NCBI GenBank assembly: GCA_001179505.1
Contig: CDMY01000301.1
Location: 62,001 to 126,000 of the forward strand
Length of the DNA stretch: 64,000 nt
Source of the DNA: Vitrella brassicaformis CCMP3155
Taxonomy: Eukaryota > Protista > Chromerida
Direction of reading: 5' to 3'
Shown: positions 38,701 through 51,900 of the stretch, in pieces
Layout of the letters: the number at the start of each line of letters is the position of its first letter
Numbering within the stretch: the stretch's first letter is position 1
Notes under the pieces: model-generated
Seen by the model: the letters and a program-made list of their open reading frames with translations, nothing else
The model's database searches: none
What the model was told of the DNA's origin: nothing
Program-made: the position numbers and the translations under genes

Positions 38701-39155
38701 CGTGCGGGCATGGATGGTCTGCGGTCTGGTGATGGGAATGACGCGGGGGCATCGGTCAATCACCACAAACGACACGCCCCTCTTGGTCAAATCGGCCGCA
38801 AGCGACAATCCAGTTGGACCTGACAGGAGAAACAACACCCACAACACGCACAAGTCAATCTGTCTGTCCACCGCAGCAGCCAATCTGTCTGTCTCCCTTC
38901 CGGCCGGATCAGATCCCCCGCTCACCCACCTGCTCCAATGATGATGACGTCCACGAAAGGTGGGATGTCCTCCACTGCATAGTAAGCCAAAGTGCGATAC
39001 TTGTCGATGGCGAGGCGGCCGTATGGCGAGGGCAGGCTGCTGGCTGTGCTCTGCTGTGTGATGCTGATGGACTTGTCCCCGATGGTGGAGGTGGACGCGT
39101 GCGGGTCCAGCAGGTGCGGATCTCGGCTCACTCGGGTGGTCATTACTGTGCTCAT
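35705..39155 (-). CDS. FAD-dependent aromatic monooxygenase (FAD_binding_3, PheA/TfdB/MhpA-like), multi-exon
   Basis: All three flavin fingerprints are present: VDVIIIGA|GPTGLSLA (GxGxxG), [13 protein letters not shown] (DG) and IVG|[12 protein letters not shown]|[16 protein letters not shown] (GD), plus [11 protein letters not shown] and C-terminal [12 protein letters not shown]. The last exon [20 protein letters not shown] ends at 35705. Confidence 0.88.
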
Positions 39156-39253
39156 CGCGTTCACAAAACCGCCTCTCCTTTGCAAATCTAAGCTCGCAGA
39201 TGTCGATCGGCGAAAAATCGGCAAAAGGCGCTGAAATGACGTGCAAATGCACC

Positions 39254-40298
39254 ATGATAGTCCTTGTGGTCGTCTTTGCAACGATCTTCAAAGAGATCCA
39301 TGCCTTCATGCTCCACAGTGGAGCACAGAGCGGCTTGCTTCAACGTAAGACACAGGCAGACAGCACAAGAGATGCAAAAGGGCTGCAACCACCCTGTCGG
39401 TGTGTTTGTGTATGCCACTCCAGGCCCTCTTGCGTCTCTGCGTCGCTCGCGAGGCCGGCCGGACAGTGCTGGTCTGTTCATGGTGATCAGCACGGCTGAC
39501 TTCAAGCCGGGTGTGACTATTGAGCTCGACGGCTCACCGATGAAGGTGGTGGAATTCAACATACAAAAGATGGGACGGGGCGGGTCGTTCGTGAGGACCA
39601 AACTCAGGAACATGCTCACGGGGACAACCATTGACCACTCATTCAGGTCAGAGAGCAGCACACAGGGAAGGAAACAGGGAGGAGGGCAATCGCATGAGTC
39701 TCTGTGTCCGTGTGTTTGTGTCTGTGTGTGTGCAGGGGCGGCGAGAAGGTGGAGGAGGCGATGATAGAGAAGGTGCCGTTGTTGTACAGCTATGACACGC
39801 CCGACGGCCTGGTGTTCCAGAACACCGAAACATGGGAGGACTGCACCGTGTCGCGGAAGCAGCTCACTGACGCCATTCCATACCTCAAAGACGGCATGGA
39901 AGTCACTGTAAGTCAGCCGAAACAGCCACTATGACAGCAGCGAGCCTCACTGTGGCGTGTGTGTGTGCGTCGTTTATCGATGATGCAGGTGATGATGTGG
40001 AAGGATCAGGTGGTGGATGTGGCATTGCCGGCAACGGTCTCTTTTGAAGTGACAGAGACGGGAATCGCTGCAGACAGGGCGGCAGCAAGTAGGCATAGCG
40101 TGATGTCACGGCCAGCGTGTGAAGGCGCGCGCCTCTCACTGTCTGGGTATCTATCTCTGTGCTTATAAATATTATATATCAGGTCGGAAGCCGGCGACAC
40201 TGGAGACGGGATTGACGGTGAATGTGCCGGCGTATGTGAATACGGGTGATGTGGTGGAGGTCAACACACAGACCGGCGAGTTCGTCAAGAGGGTCTAG
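39254..40298 (+). CDS. efp: Elongation factor P, plastid-targeted (bipartite leader), five exons
   Basis: Leader [20 protein letters not shown] (signal peptide, Phe at +1) and a basic transit-like segment, then [17 protein letters not shown]...[26 protein letters not shown]...FR|GGEKVEEA...[36 protein letters not shown]. Confidence 0.92.
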
Positions 40299-42529
40299 AT
40301 GGTTGATGCATGCATCGGTCAATGAGTGGGCTGTCTGTGCGACAGAGATGCAAAGCCATGCTTGTCGCACCGCGTGTGGGTGGTTGAGATGGGGGTACAT
40401 GGCATGGATGCGACCTGACTCGATGGATTCACCAATGGTGAATGAATGCCGTCCTTGTCCCTCGTCGTTCCTTGAGTCCCAATGGTCACTGTTTTGCCAT
40501 CCAGCATGCTAGCTGGCTGGTGGTTTTCGTCTATGCTTTTGCCAACTGTCTCTTTCCCCTCACACTCATCCCACCCACACACGTACACACACATTGGCCC
40601 ATCTCTGGCAAGACCCGCATAAGCAAGAAAGGATACACACAATACACACAAGGCACTCACCCACTGCATCACATGGCCACTCCTCTGTCATTCCTCATTG
40701 CCCCACTCTGTGTGCATACCTAACCTAGGAGCTCACTGACTGACAGACTGTCCTAGTAGCTGCACATGACACATCACCTCAACTCCTCCCCCTACTCGAT
40801 GTGTGTGATTCCACACACATGGCTGGCTGGCAGGCAGGCAGGAAGGCAGCAAGGAACCAAGGAAAGGACAGCATACGCAGGCAGGCCAGGTAAGGCCAGG
40901 CAACGCAAGGAGGTCTCGTCTGGAAAATATGACGACTGAGCGCGCAGCGTCGTCATCCGGACCTTGCAGCGCTCTGTCGACCGACGGACGGGCGGCCTTA
41001 CTTGCTCGGTGACTTGACAACACACACAGACGTCGGACTGACTGACTGACACAAAAACGAGCCAAGAACTACAATTCGACTAGCGACACAACGCACGAAA
41101 CAGGAAAGCAAGAAAGATGGATGGGAGGGAGGGAGGGAGGGAGGGAAACATGCAACGGGTCCATGATGTCAGGGTCCCAGTGTCTCTCTCGGGCAAGCTC
41201 CCAGACCACGTATATACCACCGCCCACAGTGAGCTGTACACGCCCTCTAGATGGCTCCTACTAAGGCTATACACCCGCACCCACCGATCCATCCCTCCAC
41301 GCACAGACCGACCCGCGCGCTCCTGCTAATTTGAGTGGAAAACAACCACCCCAGGGCGCAGCTGTGAGTGCGTCCGCACGTGGATGCATGGAAGTGGCTC
41401 AGACACCAGACGTCAGACACCCAGCCGGAACATACAGTATCAGCAGAGAGACAGCAGAGAGAGAGGATGAGAAAACAAAACAGTAGCAGCAGAGTGGGCG
41501 AGACAGGGAGAGAGGGGGGAGGGGGGAGGGAGGGGGGAAAGAGTGAGGGTGCGTGTGAGCATGTCTCTCGTCTTCGCGGCTCCCTTTCGTTTTAGGAACT
41601 CCGCTCGAAGGACAATAAGAGACACACACACGCGACAGCTAGCGGAGACACAGGCAGACAGAGAAACGAGCCGAGAGAGTGTGTACGGTATGCCTCCGGC
41701 ATCTGTGTCGTCAAGACAGCGTGGCGGAGACCAGGTATAAAAAGGAGCGATTCGGTACTCTCACAACACACGGGTGGACGTATAGTATAGACGTATCCGG
41801 TGCGTGCGTGTGGGCATGTGAAAAAGAACGATCACTGCACTGGCTGCCATGGACGGATACACACACAGCCAAATTATATAGAAAGAAGACAAGACGTGTG
41901 TTTGGTGTGGTGACTGATGGGATGGATGTGATGTTGTGGTTGCGACTGACAGACAGACAGACAGACACGCACTCCCCCACACGTACGATAAAGTGACAGA
42001 CAGACAGACAGACAGACAGCCAGGCGGACAGACAGGCGGAGAGAGGGGGCTCCCGACACTCACACGGCACACACGGATGCGTAGCAATGATTGCAATGCA
42101 GTACGATCGATACGGATATGGATATGCTATACATGTATGTATGTATATATGATCCTAATACCGATATGTATGTATACACATGTACGTATGTACGTATGTA
42201 GGTATGTATGTATGCAGATGTAGGTATGTATGCAGAGACATTGGCACGTGACAAAGAAAGAAGTGAAGAAACAATGAGGGGAGAAAGGGATGTGCGAGGG
42301 AGTGCGGGAGCGCGTGACGTCAGAATAGAACAACCGACGACAGAGACTGACTAGGGTACACATCACACAAGGAGGGAGGCCAACAAGCTAACAACAATCC
42401 GAACTACTCCTCTCTCTTAGGTGCATTGTCACGTCTCTCAGTGCAGCACAGCAGCCATCCATGCCCCCATCCATCGACCGACATCACCCATACAGCCAGG
42501 CGAGGCATTCAAACGCCCCATGCCATCTG

Positions 42530-44071
42530 CTACTCCTCGTATGCGCGTGGCTGCGCTCGAATCAGGTCTGCAGAAGCAAGAAGGTAGATATGGCCATTCT
42601 GTTCCGTCAGAGCTGCTGGGCGTTGCGTTTGCGTACCGTCTTCGCTGACGGCATACATGCCGACGAACGTGAGTGGCGGGGAGGAGGGGATCCTGTTGGC
42701 GGCGATGCTCCCACATGCATCGATGAGCCAGCAGGCCACCGGCTGGAGGGGCGGGACGGAGGAGGACGCCCCGGACGCCCCACTCAGCTGCCTCTCGGGC
42801 ACTGTGCTCGCCTCCTCCTGCTCTTGCTCGGTCTCATGCTCTTGTTCGTTCTCATTCTCGCCCTCGGTCGACTCCCTCTCGAGTATGGCGCTGCCTTTGC
42901 CCTCCTCCTCCACCACGTTCACCCGGCCGTGAGTCTTGGGCGTCACGGGCTGCGTCTGCGACGTGGCGAACGACGTCACCGACTCACTCGCCGCCCCCGG
43001 GGTGGCGCACCGTGACTGAATCGGTGTGGGGTAGGGGTGGGTGGCCGGGATGGCAGGGAGGACGGGCGTGAGTGTGAGAGCGGGTGTCTCAGTTGGTGAG
43101 TACGGCACAACCGATATGGGCGGGGGAGGAGGGGGGCTGGTGGGTGCGGGGGGGAAGAAGGAGGGCGGGGGAGTGTACGTGGAGGGGACCTCTTCGAACT
43201 GGTCGTCGTTAGAGTTGTTGCGGAGGAAGGACGTGGGGGACGTCACCAGCCTGATACACACACCACACAGGCAAGGTAGAGAGAAAGGCGTACAGGTCAG
43301 CACGCAGTTAGTGTGGTTGTGTGAGAGTGCGCACCTTCTTTGTCTCAGCTCGCTGACGTCGTGAGCGAAACGGCAGTGGTCCCTGACACCAAACAAATAG
43401 CGCCAAGACACTCAGCGAGCGAATATCACCGCATGCATATGTAAGTTGCCTCCCTCCTCAATCAGTCACCCACCCATCCACTCACCTCGCTGGGCAGTTG
43501 CCCTTCTTCCAGTGCATGCACAGCGACGTCTTGTAGCAGCCCACCGGGCTCCTCAGGTCACGCTCACCGTGCGCAAAGGGGCACAGCTCCGCCCCCTTGG
43601 TGCACCGACGATTCTTCCAGTCAGGACATATCTTCGTCTGCAAACGTCACGACACATGACACACAACAAGACATCCATACACACGATGATGGCGAAGACA
43701 GCAGTGCCATCTGATTCGTGTGGTCGGCGCACCTTGAGAAGGTTCGGCGGCACGCAGAGTTCTGCCATGGAGTGAGCGTACGTACACTCGCTGCCCTTGG
43801 AGCAGCCCCGGCCGCCATGGGCAACATGATACTTGCACAGACGCGTCTTGTAACACCTGCAGTACACACACAGCAGCGCCGGGCGGCCGTGTTGGCCGTG
43901 CGTACAGCACAGCAGCTGGTGTGGCTTACTGCATGGATGTGACGCCTGGCAGGGTGGACCGGGAAAAATACTGTCGGCTCCCTTCACACGGCGACTGGGA
44001 CGCGCAGCCAGGCGGGAGCACCGCGCTTGTGCTCCGTACCAGGGGAGGGCCGTGGCTGCAGAGAGGAGCAC
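42530..44071 (-). CDS. CCCH zinc-finger protein (three fingers) with a Pro/Ser/Thr/Glu-rich tail
   Basis: YKTRLCKYHVAHGGRGCSKGSECTYAH, TKICPDWKNRRCTKGAELCPFAH and YKTSLCMHWKKGNCPA|RDHCRFAH. The start codon is not resolved. Confidence 0.85.
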
Positions 44072-44387
44072 GTCAGTTTGACAACCCAGTGCAGAAGGGG
44101 AGAAGGTGAACTAATTTGGGGCACGGGAGTCCCCCTCGGACAGACACAGACACCTCCGACGGGCTGACTCGGTTACAATCGCTGGGAGAGTTAGAAGCTG
44201 TACGCCATCGGTTACACGGAACCGGACGTTTAAGTCCCAACGGCACATGCGAGCTGAGTAGTTTGTGGGAGAGCCATTTCCCTCCTTCTCACACGTAAGC
44301 CATCACACGTACTTCACCACACATTCACAGGGGTCATATTGAATCGAAGTTTGACTCCTCAGAGTCTCCCTTTGCAGAAAATCAGCG

Positions 44388-45076
44388 ATGGCGACCAATC
44401 CGAGCCGAGAAGTGCCCCAGCTGTCGGGCACACTCAACCCCCCGGCAGGCGACAGAATCCACCCCCCTCTAGCCACCTCAGCGTCCACGGCCCCGCCGGG
44501 CTCACCGCAGGCGGCCCACACGCAGTCCAATGAAGTGGCTCTCGACATGGAGCAGGTCAGAGGGGATTCCCATGCGGCAGAGGAGCGCCACGAAGAGAAG
44601 GAGAAGCGTAGCAAGCACAGCAAGCACAGCAAGAGGGACAGCACCAACCCGGGGGGCAGCCGCCAGTCAGCGGAGATCTTTCCGTCGCGTGCGTCTGAGG
44701 ATGGGGCGCGCCGCAGCACCGGTGGTGGTGTGATGGAGCTGCCCGATATGCAGGCCCTGCAGAACCAAATCATGGAGCAGGAGGGAGAACTCATCTGCCT
44801 CAAGGTCAAGGGAAACAGAGAGAGACACCGTATTTGGTCCACATTTGTCTGGCTTCTTCTCCGTGTGTGTCCCCTGTGTGTGTGCAGTGGATGTTGCTGG
44901 TGTCTCTTTTGATTCCTTTTGTGGGCTGCTGCGTGTGTCTGTTCAACCAGAGCGGCAGCCCCGACACGCCCCCCAAGGTCAAGAGGCTCGTCATGCTCAA
45001 CCTGGTCTTCTCCATCCTCAACGCCATAATCCTATTCGCACTCAATGTCGTACTCGCTCTGCTGCTCAGAAATTGA
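44388..45076 (+). CDS. Small two-exon membrane protein: disordered N-terminus, two C-terminal hydrophobic segments
   Basis: A phase-0 splice (…CLK|WMLLVSLLIPFVGCCVCLF…) joins to LVMLNLVFSILNAIILFALNVVLALLLRN*. Confidence 0.65.
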
Positions 45077-45622
45077 CACACATATGGACGACTCACACAG
45101 GAAATGATGAGTGCCGCATGCGTGTTCTTGTTCGGTCGTCTGCGAGAAAGACTGCGGCGAGCGGTAGGTAGGAAAGTAGGTATTTGTAGGCATTTAGAGG
45201 TGTAGTCAGTGCCCGCGTGCCGATGGTGGGGGATTGGTTTGGTTCGGTTTGGTTTGCAACAGTGAGCCGGTTGGGTGAGCATATGGCTCATGGTGCGTGA
45301 ATGAATGAATGAATGGATTGATGCGTACGGGAACATTTATAGATAAATTGATTGAATGCATTAGAAATACCCTTATGTCATCAGAACAGGGAGTCTCATC
45401 CATCCATCCATCCGTCCGTCCGTCCGTTCGTCCGTTCACAAGCCTACACGCGGCAGCCGACGCTGTCAGATCCATGCGAGCATGAAGCACGCATCGACGA
45501 GCAGCTAGACAGCCCACCAGCCAATCAGGCAGCCAAAACGTCCCAGATGTGGCCCGTCTTCTACCGATATGCCAATATCTCAACCCAACCCAACCCACCC
45601 ATCTGTCCCCGTTCTATCAGGA

Positions 45623-48600
45623 CTAATTGTTGGCCGGCCCGGAGGCCCCCCTGCCCCCGTATTGCGGATACAGCTGCGGCCTCTGCTGGCTCGCCGCCAT
45701 CGACCTATCTCTCTCGACAACACCGCTGGAGAAAGCACCCGCCACTTGCTGCGTCACCTGTATGCCTATCGCAGGCACGCCACCGGGTGCTCGAGGACGG
45801 CCAGACTGCAGCTGAGGGGGCATTGTGTGGTGAGTCGGATGATTGAATGGGCGGCCGTGCGTGAGGGTCAGACCCGCCTGCTGCTCGGGGATGAGAGGAA
45901 CAGCGGACGCCGCGTTCTGCTGCTCACGCATGTTGTAGTCCTCTTGGAACCTGTTGAGCGTCGCGATCGCAGGCGGCGGACGGGCAGCACGGGCAGCTCC
46001 ACCCCCCTCCGCACCACCACCAACAGCAGCAAATGACGCTCCTTCCCCGGTCCTCAGCTCGCGCGGCACCGCGGGCGGCTGCACCATGTGCGGGCCGCCA
46101 TGCACCCCCAACCGTGACTGGTGGCCGGCGCCCGAATGCGTCGTGGGACCTGGCGTGAATTGGGCTCGGCTGACCAGCGGGATGGACGGCGCCGTCTGCT
46201 GCTCGCCGGGAGCCTCCTGCCGCTCCTTCACCTGGGCGGGGCGGTGAGCTGTGGTCCCCTTGGCGGCGTCTCCAGTGTTGATGCCGTTGATGCCGCGCCG
46301 ATTGATGCGACTGAGGGGTGGAGGGGGCGACGGACGATGGGCTTGCTTGCTCCGACCACCGCCCACACCGGTGTCCATCGCGCTCGCCCCAGGGGGGCGC
46401 TCCGCCCTTCTGGTGCCCAGATTGGTGTTGATTCGGGCGCTCTGCGGCACTGGCGGGGGCATTTTGCGCCGCCCTCCAGGGACGGCGGGGATGCTTCTGT
46501 CACGCGAATAGCCGCTTGATGGGATGAGGGGCGCGCCGGTGCGTCCCTGTGATGCCGCCCGCTTGGTGCTGCCGGTCGATGTGGTGGACTGGGGGGCCTT
46601 GTCGGCCGTGAGGCTGCCGCTGGACGACTGGTTGGATGATGGCGTCATGCGCAGGGAGGTGCGGGTGGGGCCCTTGGATGGGGTGCGGGTGCCCTCTGCT
46701 GCCGGTGTGCGAGTGCCGACACGGCGCTTGGGCGAGTGCTGGCCACTACGAGCGTCATGGCGACGAGGCAACTACATGAAGACAAAGAAAGAATGGCTCG
46801 CATGGATGAGTGCGCTTCCCAGTGGTGTTGTGTGTGTGTACCTCTGACGGTCTGACATTGCGTGGTCTGTTGGGGTTGGTGGTGGTGGTGGTGGGTCTGG
46901 GCACATGTTCGACGCCAGAGCTATACCCGCCCTTGGCCCCACCCCCACCCCCAGAGGCGTCCTGCTTGTGCCCCCAATTCTGAGGATTACGACGGAAGTT
47001 CCTTGTGCCAGGTCGCGGCTAAGCGGACACAAACCCGACATGAGAACACACACACATGATAGTCATCGAGCGGCGCTCACCTCTGCAGGCACATCAGGAC
47101 GCCCCCTCTCACGCTCGTCGTCCGTCACGTAGCCATTGGTGGTAGTGTGGGACTGCTTGTGATCCTTGGTCGGTGAGGCCTCCTGTTTGTGGGGGTAGAG
47201 GGGGATGTTGGCCGGGCTGCGCTGCTGCGACGTGGCTGGGGCGGTTGCATCATCGGCTGGCTCCTCGGGACCGCCCAAACCGACCGGGATGTTGTTGTGC
47301 GACGCTACTGCACACACCACACATACATGCAGGCCAACGAGGGGATGGAATCCCTTAGTGTGTTGTGTTTCCGTACCGTGTTCGCGTCTCATGTGTCTGC
47401 CGATGAGGGAAGGTGACTCCTCCTTCGCCTTCATCTCCTCACGCACGCGGCGCAGCTCCTCGCTAATCAGATCAACGTGCATTGGACAGCACAGGGGAAG
47501 AGTTCTTGACCGACCTGTTCTATGTTGCCATTCGTCTGTCTGTTGCTCACCCGGACTGTTGGTATTTTTCAACAAGTTTGCGCAGCAGTGTGTCCTTGCG
47601 ATTTACCGCCTCTCTGCACAGATCTACCTTCACCTGCAGTCGCTGAAAAACGACCGGCCGCAGACAAACACGTATGCACATTGGTTTCAGTGCTGATTCG
47701 GTCGTGCGCGTCATGTCACCTGTTCTATCCTTTTCAGGCTTCGGTTGACCTCGGCGGCCTTCATTTTGAAGGTGTCCATCGCATTCTGGGTGTGGATCGC
47801 CGCAGATAGCTTGGAGCGCAACGACTGCAGACACACATATAGCACGCACATAGGGAGAGAGATACTCATTGACACACATGAACCCCCTTAAGAGTGGTGT
47901 GTGCAATGCTTCTTCTCACCTTGATTTGATCTTTCGCCTCATCTAAGTTCCTGGGCCCCGTCTCTACGTCACCGCCAACACCGGCACCTGCCGCCCCACT
48001 AGAAGCCTCCTCTCTGGCCCCGCCCCCGTCCCCCTGGCCGCCCTCCCCCTCTCCCTCTCCCTCTTTGTCTCCCCCATCTGCAGCACCGTCCCCCTCTTCG
48101 GTGGGGGGGTGGTCTCTCGGGTATTTGCGGTCCAGGTCTGCATTGTGCTGCTGCTCTGCTACTCGGAGGAGGGGATAGTAGATGGACCGGGGGCTGGTGT
48201 CTTCGAGCTCGGGGCGATCGATGTAGTCAAATCCATAGGGGCGAGGGGTGCTGAATGAAAAGAAATCATGGCAGAGAGTTGGTTATGTTCATGTTTGCGG
48301 TGTTGGTTGTGTTGTGTTGTGTTTGGTCCGTGGTGCTTGTTACCGGCCCTCGCCAGTGTAGACGGATGGCCCCTGTGCGTATTCTGACGTCTGGGCGTGG
48401 TGGTGGTGCATGCCTGGGTGCGGGCCGAGGATGCCGTCATACTCAATGGCGTAGCCATGCGGCACGTGGGGATGGTCCACCACATATAGATCATTCTCCT
48501 CACCATCACCTGCACATCCAACACATCCACACACACAAATTGAACACGAAACCAAGTGAATGAATGGACCTGTTCTGACCACACAAATTGAACACGAAAC

Positions 48601-48972
48601 CAAGTGAATGAATGGACCTGTTCTGGTTCTTTCACCTTCTCCTTCCTGCTCCTCTTCTGCGCCTTCCTCCCCGGTATCCTCCTCCACCACAGCATACCCT
48701 CCCTGCCGCACCTCGTCCAAATACGAGTCGTCCAGCGAACCAAGACGCAAAGCGGACCCGAGCAGCCCAAACGATGGATGGCCGCCGCCGAAACCGACAA
48801 ACGCACGGCCTTGCTGGAACATCTGAGGCACGGGAGGCAGGCTGGACCCGCCCTCGAAGGAAAAGGAAACCGAACCTGCTGCTGGCGGGCACACAGCGCT
48901 CACGTTCCTCGTGAGAGGAGGAATCTGCGCAGGGGCGCGATCGGATGCATCTCGCCCATCAGGAAAGCTCAT
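45623..48972 (-). CDS. Hypothetical low-complexity and coiled-coil protein, multi-exon
   Basis: Long last exon (ORF 45623-46771), coiled-coil-like exons (EELRRVREEMKAKEE; VKVDLCREAVNRKDTLLRKLVEKYQQS) and a first exon from ATG 48972. Confidence 0.55.
48533..48625. repeat. Two-copy 48-bp tandem repeat in an intron
   Basis: acacaaattgaacacgaaaccaagtgaatgaatggacctgttctg starts at both 48533 and 48581. Confidence 0.9.
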
Positions 48973-51900
48973 TTCTCAACTCAGATTTCAAGCTCGCGGC
49001 CATGATCGACCGCGCCCGGAGGCGCGAGATTAGGTAGAAGGGAACTGCCATGATGGCGGCTGCAGCAGCCGCCAGCTCGATGAAGAAGCGCAAGGCTGAG
49101 AATGGAGAGGCCATAGAATCCTCAGCTGCCTCGTGTACTGACTTACTTGCATTTAATCGGTCTTGAATTGGGAGTGTCTCTCCACCGTCATCCCGCCCAG
49201 CACACACACGCGCGCGCACGCCTCCCCTCCCCTCCCCCGCAGCTGCACGCACGCAGACACCTAGAAGGCAAAATACCACAACAGTGTGTGAGTGGCTCTG
49301 TTGTAGGCAGGCCAAAGCCAAAAGGGTGGCCAACAAAAACACACACACGGGCGATCCGATCCATAGTATCCCCACGCAGCACACACACACACACACGGTC
49401 GGTTGGAGAGAGAGGCGAGTGGGTGTCCGAAACAAACAAACAGGCGTGAAAAACAGACCACTATTGTGCCCCTGCCCTCCCGTGCGGCCCGCCACGGACA
49501 TGTCAGCGATACGATATACGATAGATGGATATGTGTGTGACCGATGGACTCTCTCGTGCGCATGCTTCAAAAAGGGGAGGTAGTGTTGCATGCGGGACGT
49601 GACAGGCACTGCGTTGCGCGTACGTGCGTGTGCGGGTGCACGATCGCGGTCACAACATGTATAAAACGCCATACAAACGAAGGTGCGCACACATCTCGTT
49701 CCGTGCTCGCATGGTGCCGTGTATGATGGGTGCTTTCGTGCGCATGGGGGTGGGTCAGTCAGCGAATGACTTCATCGCTCGCGCAGAGACGCACACCACG
49801 ATGGACACGCCATTCATGCTGTGTGTAGCGGCAGGCATGTATGCAGCGTAGTACACACAGATAGCAAACACGCAAGCAGACATTGCAGGCAAAGTACGAA
49901 AGGTACGGGAAGTGCACCCAATACATACGTACACCCATGCATGCATACATACATACACATACATATAGATGGATAGATACGTAAGGACGTACGACGCACA
50001 CCACTAAAGCCACACACACATGTCCGGAGGTATATACGCAGACATGCAGGCAGGCTCATAGACAGACAGACTGACAGACAGACAAACAGGCAAACAGGCA
50101 AACACGGGAGAACCTCTGAAATTGAGGACACACTGCACCCAGGCAGGCAGGCAGGCAGGCAAGAGCCCGGTCACACAACTACAGCCCACACGCATGCACA
50201 CATTCGGGAGCACACAGGGATGTGTTTTGATGGGCACGCACACACACACGGACGAACATGCCTGTACGTACCGACGTGAGTGAGCGAGTGGGACACACAC
50301 ATATAGGTGGTGCGGGGTGTGTCTATCTGGAAGGAGGGAGGGAAGGAATGCGGACGTACATCGCACGAACAGACATACGGTTGACGCGTTCATGCGGATA
50401 GATGAATGGATGGATAATGGAGAAATAGATAGTCGATGGATAGATGGATACACACATACACACATACATACGTACATGGTCGTCAGTCGATACGGAGGGT
50501 CGATACGGATGTAATGGGAAACGCCATGTACTGTGTACTGTCTGTCGTATAGCGAGCGGGTGCTGGTTCTACTTCCTCCAATCGGTGCACGTGTCGGGGC
50601 GTGCGAGTGAGCAAGTGGTACACCGACAAATTACGACAAATCACTAAAGTGGCAGACAGGCCAGCGGCATGCTCCCCATCCAGCAGATAGCCTGTCAGTA
50701 GAGAGTGAGTGAGTGAGTGGGTCATGCATCTTTGTATGTCATCCATCGATGGATCGAGCCAGTGATGAAAAAATGCACCTGTGCAACTGCAAGCAGCGAG
50801 GGGGGGGTGAGTGGCAACGCAGCGACACGTGATGGTGGGTGGCACGGCTCACATTATCATGCAGCACGGCTCAGTCCACACATACACATACACATACCCA
50901 CAACACATCCATGCAGGTGTGTACCCCCGCACGCACAGAGGGAGAGGGCATCCACCCGTCCGTCCATCTCAAGAAACTTCTCGCCTCGTTGATTGGACGG
51001 GCGAGCCATACCCACCCACATCCACGCACACGTGCCTACTTATGTGCGTGTGTACGCACATGTGCGTGGCTGGGTGGCTGGGCCGGACGGGACGGAACGG
51101 GTCGGATGCTGCACACCTCCTTCTCGGTACGCACGAGTGTACACAGGTGTAGTGAGGGTATGCATGGCACACAGGCAGGGCAGGTGTGTCCCACATACAA
51201 ATACAGACACTCACTCACAGAGAGAGAAACACACACACGCATGCAGACGTACCTACGTCCGTACGGTAGGGAGCAAGGGAGTTAGTCAGTCAGTCAGTGA
51301 GTGTGAGTAGGCAGTTTGACCCCAATCACAGCCCCAAGCCCCCCCAGCCACCATTACCCCAACATCTAACGAGCCACGCCCATGTATGGTATGTATATGT
51401 GTGTACGTTTGAAAGCCCCATGTTCCCCGCAGCATGTCTGTAAGCAATATGATATCATATCAGGCGAGTCGAGTAGAGTAGTGAGTGCATCATAATGATC
51501 AATCACTGAATGAAGAGTGGGTGTATGTGTCCGATGGCAGAAGGCACACGTGAAGGAGCCGAGCCCTCGATCCTTCGATCGATCGCGCGGTGCAAGAAGA
51601 AAGATGAGTGCAGGTGCTCCCGTCGTGCCATCTGTCACCCGACAGACAGAACAGCAAAGTGACGCAGCGCACAACAAAGTGCCCCCAAGGCGCCCTCAAC
51701 GCCCTCTCTCTCTGTGTCCCCAACTCCCCTGCTCCCCCTCTCGGGTTCCATGTGTGTCTGGCCATTCATTCATCCGCTCGTCAGTACGATCGTGTGTCTT
51801 TCTTCTCTCTAAACAATGGCCGCGCGAGCGATCCACACTCGTTGCAAGTCGGAACTTCTGTCTTTCTCTCCCTCTATCTGTGTCACGCCGCATCCATCCA

